From assembly GCA_963678315.1 (NCBI GenBank), contig OY782781.1, positions 1,856,001-1,920,000 on the forward strand: a DNA stretch of 64,000 nucleotides. The letters run 5' to 3'. The stretch is from Candidatus Cloacimonadales bacterium (lineage in GTDB: Bacteria; Cloacimonadota; Cloacimonadia; Cloacimonadales; JAFGVF01). The position numbers and the translations under genes were made by a program. The notes under the pieces were generated by a model that worked only from the letters and a program-made list of their open reading frames with translations, did not search any database and was not told the DNA's origin. Shown here one piece after another: positions 10,947 to 21,252 of this stretch (the stretch's first letter is position 1; the number at the start of each line of letters is the position of its first letter).

Positions 10947-11669
10947 TTAAACGTAGTTATTAATTAGTGGGGCAATATCTTCCCTAGATAGTACATCATC
11001 TGTGTACTTACCAGTATATATACATTTACCTTCATTAAGGACCACAAGGTGTTCACAGTACTTCTTAAATGACATGAAATCATGTGTAATAACGATTGTT
11101 GTCTCTATTTCTTTCTTGTGAAGTGAGAATATTAGCTCAGCAATATTCTTGGTCGTCCTGGGATCTAAACCAGTTGTTGGTTCATCATAAATTAGTACTT
11201 CTGGTTCTAAGGCAATAGCTCTTGCAAAAGCTACTCTTCTTTTCATTCCTCCAGACAACTCTGAAGTTTGCTTTTCTCCTATACCAGGTAAAGACACTTT
11301 TTCTAGCAACTGATTTACTTTAGTCTCTATTTCTTGCTCTTTCATCTTAGTATGCTCGAAAAAGGGGAAAGCTATATTTTGATAAACATCCATTGAATCG
11401 AATAAAGCTCCACTTTGGAATAACATACCAATTCTTTTGCGTAGCTGGAAAACTTCTTTGTTGGAACTATAGTCAATTTTGCAACCATTGTATTCAATAT
11501 CTCCGTCAAAGTTTCTTAATAAGCCTATTATTGACTTAGATAAAACGCTTTTTCCAGAGCCAGAATGTCCTAGGATGACAGTGAATTTTGCTTTGGGTAT
11601 TTGAATATTAATGTCTTGTAGAACAGGACTGTCGTTAAACTTGATATTATAGTTCTTAATTTCTAGCAT
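10947..11669 (-). CDS. ABC transporter ATP-binding protein, MlaF/Mkl-like
   Basis: Walker A GHSGSGKS, LFQSGALFDSM, LSGGMKRRVAFARA, YDEPTTGLDP. Confidence 0.85.
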   Translation of the reverse strand: MLEIKNYNIKFNDSPVLQDINIQIPKAKFTVILGHSGSGKSVLSKSIIGLLRNFDGDIEYNGCKIDYSSNKEVFQLRKRIGMLFQSGALFDSMDVYQNIAFPFFEHTKMKEQEIETKVNQLLEKVSLPGIGEKQTSELSGGMKRRVAFARAIALEPEVLIYDEPTTGLDPRTTKNIAELIFSLHKKEIETTIVITHDFMSFKKYCEHLVVLNEGKCIYTGKYTDDVLSREDIAPLINNYV

Positions 11670-12955
11670 ATCTCGACTTTAACTCCATCTCTAAACTTAC
11701 TGATTGCTTTTACTCTGATCTTGCTCTTCTTGAGGAGATTGTCTCCTTGATAATACACTTTCACGAAGTGGTCAGACACTGAAACCCAGTAATCTTCTTC
11801 TTGCTCTTCAACAATACAAGTTAACTCTATGTTATTAGCAAGTAGTTTATCAATATATCTGTCTGTTAACTGGTGCGATAAGTCAATTAGCCTATTAGTT
11901 CTTTCTTTCTGAATCTTACCATTAACTTGATCTTTCATGTCGTAGGCAGGAGTCCCTTTCCTTCTGGAATATGTAAATACGTGCAATGATGTTATAGGTA
12001 ATGATTTTAGGAAATCATATGTCTCTTGAAAAAGTTGTTCACTTTCTCCAGGGAATCCTACAATAACATCGATGCTAAAGGCTGGTGAATCTACTACAGA
12101 AGAGAGATTCTCTATAGTTTGTTTAAAGTCTTTACTTGTATATCGCCTTTTCATTGCTTTCAGAATTGTATCAGAACCACTCTGAATAGGGATATGGAAA
12201 TGAGGAACAATTTTCCTGCTTGTTTTTATAAAGTTAAGCACTTCAGGAGTAAAGAGCTGCGGCTCTACAGAGCTCAAACGAATATTATCTAAACCTTCTA
12301 TTTTCTCTATATCATGAAGTAAATGACTAAAGAAGTAGTCTTCATACAAGTCTTGACCATAAAGTCCCATATTTATTCCACCCAGCACAACTTCATGATA
12401 TCCATTTGCTACAAGAACCTCTATTTGCTTAATGACATCTTCTCTTTTCCTACTACGTGATCTTCCTCTCGCATAAGGAATTGCACAGTAAGTACAGTAG
12501 AAATTACAACCATCTTGAATCTTTACAAATGCCCTAGATCTGTCGTAAAGTTCAGTAGCCATCATTTCACTGAAATCTTTAAATTTCATTATGTCATCAA
12601 AGCTACTTTGCTTTGAAGAGTATAGTTCGTAGATAATGTTCTTATGCTGGTTATCTACAACAATGTCGATATCTCCAAGCTTATCAATCTCTTCTTTATT
12701 TCTCTGAACATAACAGCCAGTAATAATCAAGACAATATTGGAATTAAGTTCTTTTTTCTTGAGAACTTTTCTAATAGCATTCCGACTTTTAAAATCGGTT
12801 CTATTAGTTACAGTACATGAATTTACAATATAAACATCTGCATCAGAATTAAAATCAGTTTGCTCGAATCCATGATCAATAAATTGCTTTATAATCCCAG
12901 CTGATTCATATTGATTTATTTTGCATCCAAATGTCTCAATCGCAACTTTAAGCAT
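11663..12955 (-). CDS. mtaB: tRNA t6A37 methylthiotransferase MtaB
   Basis: FGCKINQYES, NSCTVT, radical SAM QDGCNFYCTYC, YSRRKGTPA. Confidence 0.93.
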   Translation of the reverse strand: MLKVAIETFGCKINQYESAGIIKQFIDHGFEQTDFNSDADVYIVNSCTVTNRTDFKSRNAIRKVLKKKELNSNIVLIITGCYVQRNKEEIDKLGDIDIVVDNQHKNIIYELYSSKQSSFDDIMKFKDFSEMMATELYDRSRAFVKIQDGCNFYCTYCAIPYARGRSRSRKREDVIKQIEVLVANGYHEVVLGGINMGLYGQDLYEDYFFSHLLHDIEKIEGLDNIRLSSVEPQLFTPEVLNFIKTSRKIVPHFHIPIQSGSDTILKAMKRRYTSKDFKQTIENLSSVVDSPAFSIDVIVGFPGESEQLFQETYDFLKSLPITSLHVFTYSRRKGTPAYDMKDQVNGKIQKERTNRLIDLSHQLTDRYIDKLLANNIELTCIVEEQEEDYWVSVSDHFVKVYYQGDNLLKKSKIRVKAISKFRDGVKVEIC

Positions 12956-13541
12956 AGAATTCCTTTAAATATGAGTAGATTACTTTTCCGTAATATTTGT
13001 GTTCAAGTTTTAAAACTCTTTGTGCAATTATCTCTGAAGACTTTGCTTTAGCAACTTTAACTTTCTTTTGGAAGATTATTTTACCTTCATCATAGTAAGA
13101 GTTTACTCTATGAATGGTTATTCCTGAGAAAGACTCTTTTGCTTTAAATACGGCTTCATGAACATTCATTCCATACATTCCTTTCCCTCCAAATTTAGGA
13201 AGTAGGGCAGGGTGGATATTAAGAATAGGTATTCTTACTTTAGTTACGAATATTTCAGGTAATAATTTCATGAATCCTGCAAGAACAACCATATCAATCA
13301 TTTCTTTAGCTAAGAAAATCTTAACTTCATGCTGATAGTTTAGCATATCTTTAGTTGATAAATATTTGACACTAATTCCAAAATCATGGCATTTGTCGAT
13401 AATTGGTGCTTTCTTACTATTAACATAAACTGCTGCAATATCTATTGGTAAATTATTTTGTTTAATGGTGTTATAAATTGCTTCAAAGTTAGACCCTCTA
13501 CTTTTCCCAGAAGTTAAAATAACAATTTTGAACCTTCTCAT
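12948..13541 (-). CDS. purN: Phosphoribosylglycinamide formyltransferase
   Basis: RGSNFEAI, VLAGFMKLL, LNIHPALLPKFGG. Confidence 0.93.
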   Translation of the reverse strand: MRRFKIVILTSGKSRGSNFEAIYNTIKQNNLPIDIAAVYVNSKKAPIIDKCHDFGISVKYLSTKDMLNYQHEVKIFLAKEMIDMVVLAGFMKLLPEIFVTKVRIPILNIHPALLPKFGGKGMYGMNVHEAVFKAKESFSGITIHRVNSYYDEGKIIFQKKVKVAKAKSSEIIAQRVLKLEHKYYGKVIYSYLKEFYA

Positions 13542-13617
13542 TATTCCTCCTTAAAATTCAAAAATAGATATTGAGATTGCCTTAAAACAATCTCAATACC
13601 ATAATATAAATTACAAT

Positions 13618-15402
13618 CTATTTTTCTTTAATATCAATTTTTATACTTAATTCTTCCAACTGCTTCATATCAACTGTTGAAGGGGCTTGACTCATTAAGT
13701 CAACAGCTTTTAGTGTTTTTGGGAATGCAATTACGTCTCTAATTGAATCTGCACCTGTCATAATCATAACAAGTCTATCAATACCTGGAGCTATACCACC
13801 ATGAGGAGGAGTTCCGTATTTTAGTGCTTTTACGAAGAATCCGAATCTCTTTTCTACTTCTTCATCGTCAAAACCAGCAATATTAAATATCTTTTGTTGA
13901 ATATCAGCTAAGTGACAACGAATTGAACCAGATGAAAGCTCCATACCATTACAAACTAGGTCATAAAGTTGACCTTGGATATCCCCAATTTTCTCTGGAT
14001 TATCAAAGTAAGCAATATGTTCTTCTTTAGGCATAGTAAACATGTGATGCATTGATTCCCATCTTTCAGCATCTTCATTATATTCAAACATAGGGAAATC
14101 AGTAATCCAACAGAAGTTAAATTCTTTTGGGTCATAAAGTTCTAGTTCTTTCCCAAAGTAATTTCTTAATCCAGCAAGAACCTTATAAACAACACTATTC
14201 TTATCTGAACCAAAGAGAATTAAATCGCCATCTTTAGCTTGTGTTTTAGCTAAGATTTGTAGTTTTTCCTCATCTGTTAAGAACTTAGAAATACCTGCGT
14301 CCAAATCATTCTCTTTAACCTTACAGAAAGCAAGACCTTTAGCTCCAAGATGTTTAGCTTTATCTGTAAGATTATCAATCATTTTTCTTGAATATGTTGC
14401 ACATCCAGGAGCAACAATACATCTAACAGATCCTTTGTTCTCTAAAGCATCTTTAAACACCTTAAACTCTGAATTAGCTAATATGTCAGATAAATCATTA
14501 ATCTCCATAGCAAATCTTAAGTCTGGTTTATCACAACCATATTTATCCATTGATTCTTGGTAAGGGATTCTCTTAAATGGAATCTCAATATCAACATTTA
14601 TAGCTTCTTTAAAGATATATTTCATTAACTCTTCATTAATTTCAAATATTTCATCTTGTGTTACAAAACTCATTTCCATATCAAGTTGAGTAAACTCAGG
14701 TTGTCTATCAGCTCTAAGATCTTCATCTCTAAAGCATCTAGCAATTTGGAAGTATTTATCAAAACCAGAAATCATCAACAATTGCTTGTAGATCTGTGGA
14801 GATTGAGGTAGTGCAAAGAAGTTGCCAGGATGCACTCTACTTGGAACAAGATAATCTCTAGCTCCCTCAGGGGTTGATTTCATAAGTATTGGAGTTTCTA
14901 TCTCAAAGAAACCACGAGTTGATAAGAATTCTCTGATCTTCCAGATAATCTTGTGTCTTAAAATGATATTCTTGTTTAAAACTCTTCTTCTTAAATCAAG
15001 GAAACGATATTCAAGTCTTAAATCTTCATCAGCAATTTGATTATCATTAACTTGTACAGGAAGTGGCTCAGATACATTGAGAAGATCTAATTCTTCTGCT
15101 AATATTTCGATAGCACCAGTTTTTAGATTCTTGTTTTCTACATCTTTCTTAGCTACTTTTCCTTGAACAGAAATTACATACTCATTTCTTAATTTATGAG
15201 CTTTAGTAATCACTTTTTCATTCTCAGGATTAAATGTAATTTGTATTAAACCTGAATGGTCTCTTAAATCAACAAATATCAATCCACCAAGATCTCTTCT
15301 TCTGTGAACCCATCCCATTAAAGTGACAGTCTCACCAACATTATCTATATTTAAATCAGTAGCAAAATGGCTTCTTCTTTTGCCTGCAAGTAAATCAAGC
15401 AT
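13618..15402 (-). CDS. aspS: Aspartate--tRNA ligase
   Basis: OB-fold [10 protein letters not shown], motif 2 [19 protein letters not shown] insert, [12 protein letters not shown]. Confidence 0.98.
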   Translation of the reverse strand: MLDLLAGKRRSHFATDLNIDNVGETVTLMGWVHRRRDLGGLIFVDLRDHSGLIQITFNPENEKVITKAHKLRNEYVISVQGKVAKKDVENKNLKTGAIEILAEELDLLNVSEPLPVQVNDNQIADEDLRLEYRFLDLRRRVLNKNIILRHKIIWKIREFLSTRGFFEIETPILMKSTPEGARDYLVPSRVHPGNFFALPQSPQIYKQLLMISGFDKYFQIARCFRDEDLRADRQPEFTQLDMEMSFVTQDEIFEINEELMKYIFKEAINVDIEIPFKRIPYQESMDKYGCDKPDLRFAMEINDLSDILANSEFKVFKDALENKGSVRCIVAPGCATYSRKMIDNLTDKAKHLGAKGLAFCKVKENDLDAGISKFLTDEEKLQILAKTQAKDGDLILFGSDKNSVVYKVLAGLRNYFGKELELYDPKEFNFCWITDFPMFEYNEDAERWESMHHMFTMPKEEHIAYFDNPEKIGDIQGQLYDLVCNGMELSSGSIRCHLADIQQKIFNIAGFDDEEVEKRFGFFVKALKYGTPPHGGIAPGIDRLVMIMTGADSIRDVIAFPKTLKAVDLMSQAPSTVDMKQLEELSIKIDIKEK

Positions 15403-15478
15403 AGATTTTTAACTCCTATTCTATTGTATTTGTACCAAATTAATGTACTATAATATATCTTCAAGTTTTTTTTATTTA

Positions 15479-16354
15479 TTATTTACCTATCACTTTATTT
15501 AGTAGTTTGTGACCTAGCAAAAACTTATCGATTCTTAGGTCACTGTGCTCATTTGAGACTCTTCTAAAATAATTGAACTTAGGAATTTCTTTTAAGCCAT
15601 ATCCACCAAATGTATAATCAATAGACTTGGATAAATCAGCAAGAATGCCCCTCTTTAAACCACTATCTTTATATGGGATTGAAGTGATAGCATAATCTAA
15701 AGCATATTTCTTCTTCACATCCAAAGCACTCTCTTGAAGCTGAAATAACTGCTCTTTATATGTCATGCTTTTTAATGAAAGATGACGATAGGTGTGTCCA
15801 CCAAAATAATAACCATCTGCAATCATTGTCTCTATCTGTTCAGAGCTTAGATAAGCATTCTCTTTTACTAGATAGTCTTGAAAATCAATATTCATAATCT
15901 GTGCTAGACTATTAAGCTTATCAGTCTCTTCAGTTCTCCAAGATTTTAAAGTCTTTGCCAAGTTTGCACTAGAACATCCTAACTCTTGCGAAGCTCGTGT
16001 TTTTTCTGAATTAGACAGAGATTGAACTTGCTCTATTAGTAATGATATCTTACACCTAAAGAACATGTCTTGATTGTCGATAAAATCATTATTCAAGAAG
16101 AAGAATGCTGGTATTGAATATTTCTTTAGAATTGGATATATGACATTATAGCATTGAGAATAACCATCATCAAAGGAGAGAATTACCCCTTTTCTATTGT
16201 TTTTGATATCATCTAAATCAAGAAATTTATAGTTTTTATCTAAGAAGAGTATATCTCTTTCGAAGCTACTAACATTCTTGTATTTATACAAGTTATCAAT
16301 ATGCTTGTTTGCTTTATCATCCACAATATGATAGTAGATAGGTATATTTTTCAT
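15479..16354 (-). CDS. Polysaccharide deacetylase (NodB/CE4) family protein
   Basis: LSFDDGY, GGHTYRH, IPY motifs. Confidence 0.85.
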   Translation of the reverse strand: MKNIPIYYHIVDDKANKHIDNLYKYKNVSSFERDILFLDKNYKFLDLDDIKNNRKGVILSFDDGYSQCYNVIYPILKKYSIPAFFFLNNDFIDNQDMFFRCKISLLIEQVQSLSNSEKTRASQELGCSSANLAKTLKSWRTEETDKLNSLAQIMNIDFQDYLVKENAYLSSEQIETMIADGYYFGGHTYRHLSLKSMTYKEQLFQLQESALDVKKKYALDYAITSIPYKDSGLKRGILADLSKSIDYTFGGYGLKEIPKFNYFRRVSNEHSDLRIDKFLLGHKLLNKVIGK

Positions 16355-16442
16355 TTATCCTCGATACAGTGTTTTATAATCATCATCTATAAATAATATG
16401 GGCACACTAATTGAAAATAAGGCACAGTTAATCAAAGTTTTT

Positions 16443-17738
16443 TTATTTTTCTAAGAATTTCTTTAAGTCTTCAATTGATCTATCTGCATAGAACTGCTTT
16501 TTAGCTTTTTTATCTCTCATTTCAACAGGAGGAACTAATCCGAAGTTAGCATTCATAGGTAAGAAATTCTTTTGCGGTGTATTTAAATATCTCCATAGTT
16601 GACCAGCAATAGTTGTTTCTGGAAGTGTTTCAAGTCCATTGTTGATTATGTGATAAATTAGCAAGCCACTAAATATAGATTCTACATAACCTTCAACCCC
16701 AGAAAGTTGACCAGCAATATAAACATTTGCTTTCTTTTTTAATGACAGATTATTGTTTAGAACTTCTGGAGCATTGATATAAGTATTTCTATGAATAGAA
16801 CCATAGCGCAAGAACTTGGCATTCTCTAAGCCTGGAATTAAGCTAAAGACACGTTTTTGCTCTCCATACTTTAGCATAGTTTGGCAACCTACAAGATTGT
16901 AAGCTGACTTAGAGAAATTCTCAATCCTCAACTGGAGAACTGCAAAGGGACGCCTATCTGTTTTAGGGTCTTCCAATCCAACAGGCTTTAATACTCCAAA
17001 ACGTAGTGTATCTTTTCCTCTTCTTGCTAGCTCTTCAATTGGTGTGCAATTCTCATAAAACTTAAACTTTAGATCTTGAAAGAATTTGTTCTCAAACTCT
17101 TTAGCCTCATGTTTTTCTGCTTGGTTTAGTGCTTCAACAAAGTTATAATACTCTTCTTTAGAGAAAGGACAATTTATATAGTCTGGATCACCCTTGTCGT
17201 ATCTAGTCTTATAATATGCCTTAGAGAAGTCTAAACTATCTTTTTCTATTATAGGAGCAATTGCATCAAAGAAGTAAAGATTCTCATCATCTAAGTAAGG
17301 AATTATTGCTTCTAATAGGCTTGAAGACGTTAATGGACCAGTAGCTAAAACTGTTAATTCATCATCAATCTGAGTAAACTCTTTCTGAATAATCTCAATA
17401 TTTGTATTGTCCTTTATTAGCTGAGTAACCTCTTCAGAAAACTTGTCTCTATCGACAGCTAAAGCATTACCAGCAGGAACTCTATTCTTGATAGCTATTG
17501 GAATCAACTTTGAGCCTAGAAGCTCCATTTCTTTTTTTAATAAACCTGAACCAGTTGTAGGTAAAATAGACTTTAAGGAATTGGAACAAACCAATTCAGC
17601 AAAAGAGTCTAAAGTATGAGCCTCGCTGTACATTAGGGGCTTCATTTCAAACAACTTAACTTTCCAACCTGATTCAGCAAAATTTAAAGCTAGTTCACAT
17701 CCAGCTAATCCAGCTCCAACAATATTTATTTTCTTCAC
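16443..17738 (-). CDS. trmFO: Folate/FAD-dependent tRNA m5U54 methyltransferase TrmFO
   Basis: GAGLAGCE, ELVCSNSL, FFDAIAPI, AGQLSGVEGYVES, MNANFG. Confidence 0.96.
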   Translation of the reverse strand: MKKINIVGAGLAGCELALNFAESGWKVKLFEMKPLMYSEAHTLDSFAELVCSNSLKSILPTTGSGLLKKEMELLGSKLIPIAIKNRVPAGNALAVDRDKFSEEVTQLIKDNTNIEIIQKEFTQIDDELTVLATGPLTSSSLLEAIIPYLDDENLYFFDAIAPIIEKDSLDFSKAYYKTRYDKGDPDYINCPFSKEEYYNFVEALNQAEKHEAKEFENKFFQDLKFKFYENCTPIEELARRGKDTLRFGVLKPVGLEDPKTDRRPFAVLQLRIENFSKSAYNLVGCQTMLKYGEQKRVFSLIPGLENAKFLRYGSIHRNTYINAPEVLNNNLSLKKKANVYIAGQLSGVEGYVESIFSGLLIYHIINNGLETLPETTIAGQLWRYLNTPQKNFLPMNANFGLVPPVEMRDKKAKKQFYADRSIEDLKKFLEK

Positions 17739-17824
17739 ATTTACTCCTAAAATTAAAAAACAATCTTATAAGCTAGCAATCTAAAGTCAATAATTATCTT
17801 GTAGCCTGCTAATCTTCTGGGATT

Positions 17825-18193
17825 GTAGCCATCAGTCTAGCCTGACACGGTCCTTGGCTACGAAAAGTTTTGCGTAAGCATGAACAAAGTTCAACCCTAA
17901 CGGGTGGATGCTTACACTCCAGGTTTTCCCAAACGTCTCTACATCCTTACTGGCCTCATTGAAAAATCAGCCTTTTTTCAAAGAGGAAAGTAATGGAGGA
18001 GTTAGGCGTTAGGAGTGAGGGATACTGGAATCGCCAGTCTCCGAGCTAGCTTCACTTATAATCTAATGATGAGTGAATATGTAGAGAAGAATGGTTTTTC
18101 GTTTAACCCTGAAGGGGTGACATATATTAGCATGGGGTCTTGTACCCCATGTTAATAAGGATTATTAAAATCTAGCCCTGAAAGGGCGACATA
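17825..18193. repeat. Palindromic mosaic locus A (modules M6, M1, M2, M3, M4)
   Basis: GTAGCC..GGCTAC at 17825-17861; M1 at 17872-17921; M2 at 17945-17996; M3 at 18024-18058; M4 at 18105-18193. M1-M4 have close matches at the 27 kb and/or 58 kb loci; M6 shares only the GTAG..CTAC pattern. Confidence 0.9.
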
Positions 18194-18297
18194 AAAAGTA
18201 AATTAACTTTTACTTATATAACATATTTTCCTGGATTTAGCTATCAAGGATGAAGCCGTTCCGATTTTGCAGAATAAATCCCTTCAGAATTTAAAAC

Positions 18298-18329
18298 AAA
18301 AAAAAGAGCTACCTTCCGATAGCTCTTTT
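18298..18329 (-). terminator. Intrinsic terminator of satP
   Basis: A8-GAGCTA-loop-TAGCTC-TTTT. Confidence 0.8.
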
Positions 18330-18353
18330 AACTATTCTTCTAATATAATATAC

Positions 18354-18911
18354 TTATAATAAAGGCATTAGCTTCTTACCGTATGTTTCATTAATTACTT
18401 GTCCGATAGCTTCATACATAGCTAAAGCACCACATAGTATACCTTCATAACCAGCGAATACTTTAATTGCATGTATTCCGGTGAAGTCAGATATAGCAAG
18501 TAAGGCAAAAAGTAGGGTTAATGTACCAAAGACAAGCTTAGATATTGCGTTAGATCTTAATGTACAGATGAACATACCTAATGTGAAAATACCCCATAAA
18601 GAAAGGTAAAATCCCATTGATGTAGCATTAGGTTTAGCTACTGATTCCATGCCTGGTAATAGCCAGATTAATACCAATGAAAGCCAGAAAAAGCCATAAG
18701 ATGTAAAGGCAACAGTTCCAAAAGTCTTGTTGTTTTGATATTCAAGAATACCAGCAATAATTTGAGCTAATCCTCCAATGGTCAGTCCCATTGCCATTAT
18801 TGCAGCGTCTAATGGGAAGAATCCCGCATTGTGAATATTCAACAAAATAGTAGTCATACCAAATCCAATCAAACCAATCGGTGCAGGATTTGCTTTAGTC
18901 AGGTTACTCAA
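18354..18911 (-). CDS. satP: Acetate/succinate transporter SatP (GPR1/FUN34/YaaH family)
   Basis: ANPAPIGLIGFGMTTILLN, AFTSYGFFW; six hydrophobic segments. Confidence 0.93.
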   Translation of the reverse strand: MSNLTKANPAPIGLIGFGMTTILLNIHNAGFFPLDAAIMAMGLTIGGLAQIIAGILEYQNNKTFGTVAFTSYGFFWLSLVLIWLLPGMESVAKPNATSMGFYLSLWGIFTLGMFICTLRSNAISKLVFGTLTLLFALLAISDFTGIHAIKVFAGYEGILCGALAMYEAIGQVINETYGKKLMPLL

Positions 18912-19132
18912 TTCTAACTCCTAAAATTATAATAGATACGCAAGAAATCTTTTATGCTTGTTATGTGTCAAACTTTTTTTTATTTGTTTTTGTAGATTAC
19001 ATAGGCCCGTAAAAAGAGGACTTTAGACTGTGATAAATTCTATTAAACCCTAAGTATATAAAAAATTATTGACAAGTTAGCAAACGTGATTAATTTGTAT
19101 TTAAATGTAATAAATATTCTAAGGAGTTAAAA

Positions 19133-21175
19133 ATGGAAGAATTAAAAAATAATCCACTAGTTAGTGGCGAGCGATATGAAAAATTTGAAGCTATACCTTT
19201 CAATCTTTTTAAAACTGAACACTTTATGCCTGCAATAGACTGGGCTTTAGACAAGGCGAGAAAAGAGTTCTATGAATTTATAGAAAGCAAAGAAACACCA
19301 AACTTCGAGAACACAATTGAAAAAGAATCAGGTGTTGAATTAGATTATGTCACTGGAATTTATTTTAATCTTCTTAGCTGTAACGCTGATCCTGAATTTG
19401 CTAAATTAGCTGGTGAAATATCACAAAAATTAGCTGAGTTTGGTAATGAAACAATGATGAATCCAACAATGTTTGAAAAACTCAAATATGTATATGATCA
19501 TCAAGCAGAAGAGAACTTAAATGCAGAACAAACAAGATTATTAGACAAAATATATAAATCATTCATCAGAAATGGTGCACTGCTAGAAGGTGAAAACAGA
19601 GAAAAACTAATGAAGCTAAACATGGAAATGGCTAAATTAGGACCTGAATACTCACAAAATATCTTGAATTCTACAAATCAATTTGAATACATCGTAGAAG
19701 ATGAAGCGGAACTAGAAGGTTTACCTGCTAACGCTAAAGCTGCTGCAGCATATACAGCTAAGCAAAAAGGTCATGAAGGCAAATGGATGTTCTTACTTCA
19801 ACCTTCAATGTTTATGCCTATCTTACAATACTGTAAGAATAGAGAACTTAGAAAGAAATTTAATCTAGCATGGGGCTCTAGAGCTTTTGGTGGCGAATTT
19901 GATAACCAAGAAATCGTTAAAAAGATTGCTAAGCTTAGATATGACAGAGCTCAATTATTAGGTTATGATACACATGCTGACTTCACTTTAGAAGAAAGAA
20001 TGGCTGAAAAACCTCAAACTGTTCATGACTTCTTAAATAGAATCCTTGATGTTGCACTTCCAGCAGCTAAAGAAGAAGTAAAAGAAATCCAAGCTATCGC
20101 TAAAGAAGATGGTATTGATGAATTAATGCCTTGGGATGTTTCATATTACTCAGAAATTTTAAAGAAAAAGAAATTTAATTACGACTCAGAAGAGTTAAGA
20201 CCTTACTTCAAAGCTGATAATGTAGTTGCTGGTATCTTCACAGTTGCTAACAAAATGTATGGCTTAAAATTTGAAGAACATAAAGATTTACCTAAATACC
20301 ACGAAGATGTACGTGTCTTTGAAGTTACTCAAGAAGAAGATGGTAGATATATGGGGCTTCTCTATGTAGATTTATTCCCTAGAGCAACAAAGAGAGCTGG
20401 TGCTTGGATGACTACTTACCGTTCACAAGGTTTCCAAGAAGGCGAAGTTAAGAGACCATTCGTATCAATCGTTGGTTCTTTAACTCCTGCATCAGAAGAT
20501 AAACCTGCTTTACTTTCTTTGGGCGAAGTAACTACTGTATTCCATGAATTCGGTCATGCTCTTCATGCACTTCTTTCAGATTCTCATTACAAATCACTTG
20601 CAAGTCCTAATGTGTATTGGGATTTCGTGGAACTTCCATCTCAAATCATGGAAAACTGGGTTCTTGAAAAAGAAACTCTTGAACTATTTGCTCATCACTA
20701 CGAAACAGACGAAATTATTCCTGAAGAATTAGTTAATAAAGTTAAAGCTGCTGAAACATTCAATAAAGGTATCTTCAATGTAAGACAAGTTCAATTAGGA
20801 CTTATCGATATGTCATGGCACTCTATTAACCCTTCAGATATCGATGATGTAGTAAAACACGAACATGAAACTACTGAAAGAACAAGATTATACCCACGTG
20901 TTGAAGGTGTTAATACAGCATGTTCATTTGCTCATATCTTCCACGGTGGCTACTCTTCAGGTTACTATTCATACAAATGGGCTGAAGTTCTTGAAGCTGA
21001 TGCTTTCGCTAAATTCAAAGAAGACGGTATCTTTAATAAAGAAACAGCAAAATCATTTAGAGATAATGTATTGTCTAAAGGTAATACAGAACACCCAATG
21101 GACTTATTTGTTAAGTTCAGAGGTAGAAAACCTGATGCTGACGCTATGCTCAAAAGAGATGGCTTGATTAAATAG
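19133..21175 (+). CDS. M3A metallopeptidase (peptidyl-dipeptidase Dcp / oligopeptidase A family)
   Basis: FHEFGHALH zinc motif, DFVELPSQIMENW, GYYSYKWAEVL. Confidence 0.93.
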   Translation: MEELKNNPLVSGERYEKFEAIPFNLFKTEHFMPAIDWALDKARKEFYEFIESKETPNFENTIEKESGVELDYVTGIYFNLLSCNADPEFAKLAGEISQKLAEFGNETMMNPTMFEKLKYVYDHQAEENLNAEQTRLLDKIYKSFIRNGALLEGENREKLMKLNMEMAKLGPEYSQNILNSTNQFEYIVEDEAELEGLPANAKAAAAYTAKQKGHEGKWMFLLQPSMFMPILQYCKNRELRKKFNLAWGSRAFGGEFDNQEIVKKIAKLRYDRAQLLGYDTHADFTLEERMAEKPQTVHDFLNRILDVALPAAKEEVKEIQAIAKEDGIDELMPWDVSYYSEILKKKKFNYDSEELRPYFKADNVVAGIFTVANKMYGLKFEEHKDLPKYHEDVRVFEVTQEEDGRYMGLLYVDLFPRATKRAGAWMTTYRSQGFQEGEVKRPFVSIVGSLTPASEDKPALLSLGEVTTVFHEFGHALHALLSDSHYKSLASPNVYWDFVELPSQIMENWVLEKETLELFAHHYETDEIIPEELVNKVKAAETFNKGIFNVRQVQLGLIDMSWHSINPSDIDDVVKHEHETTERTRLYPRVEGVNTACSFAHIFHGGYSSGYYSYKWAEVLEADAFAKFKEDGIFNKETAKSFRDNVLSKGNTEHPMDLFVKFRGRKPDADAMLKRDGLIK

Positions 21176-21202
21176 AACTATAAATCTAAACAATAAAATA
21201 AT

Positions 21203-21230
21203 AAGAGACTGCTGAAATATGCAGTCTCTT
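21203..21230. terminator. Bidirectional terminator
   Basis: AAGAGACTGC...GCAGTCTCTT between convergent genes. Confidence 0.8.
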
Positions 21231-21252
21231 TGTTTATGCTAAAATAAATAGG

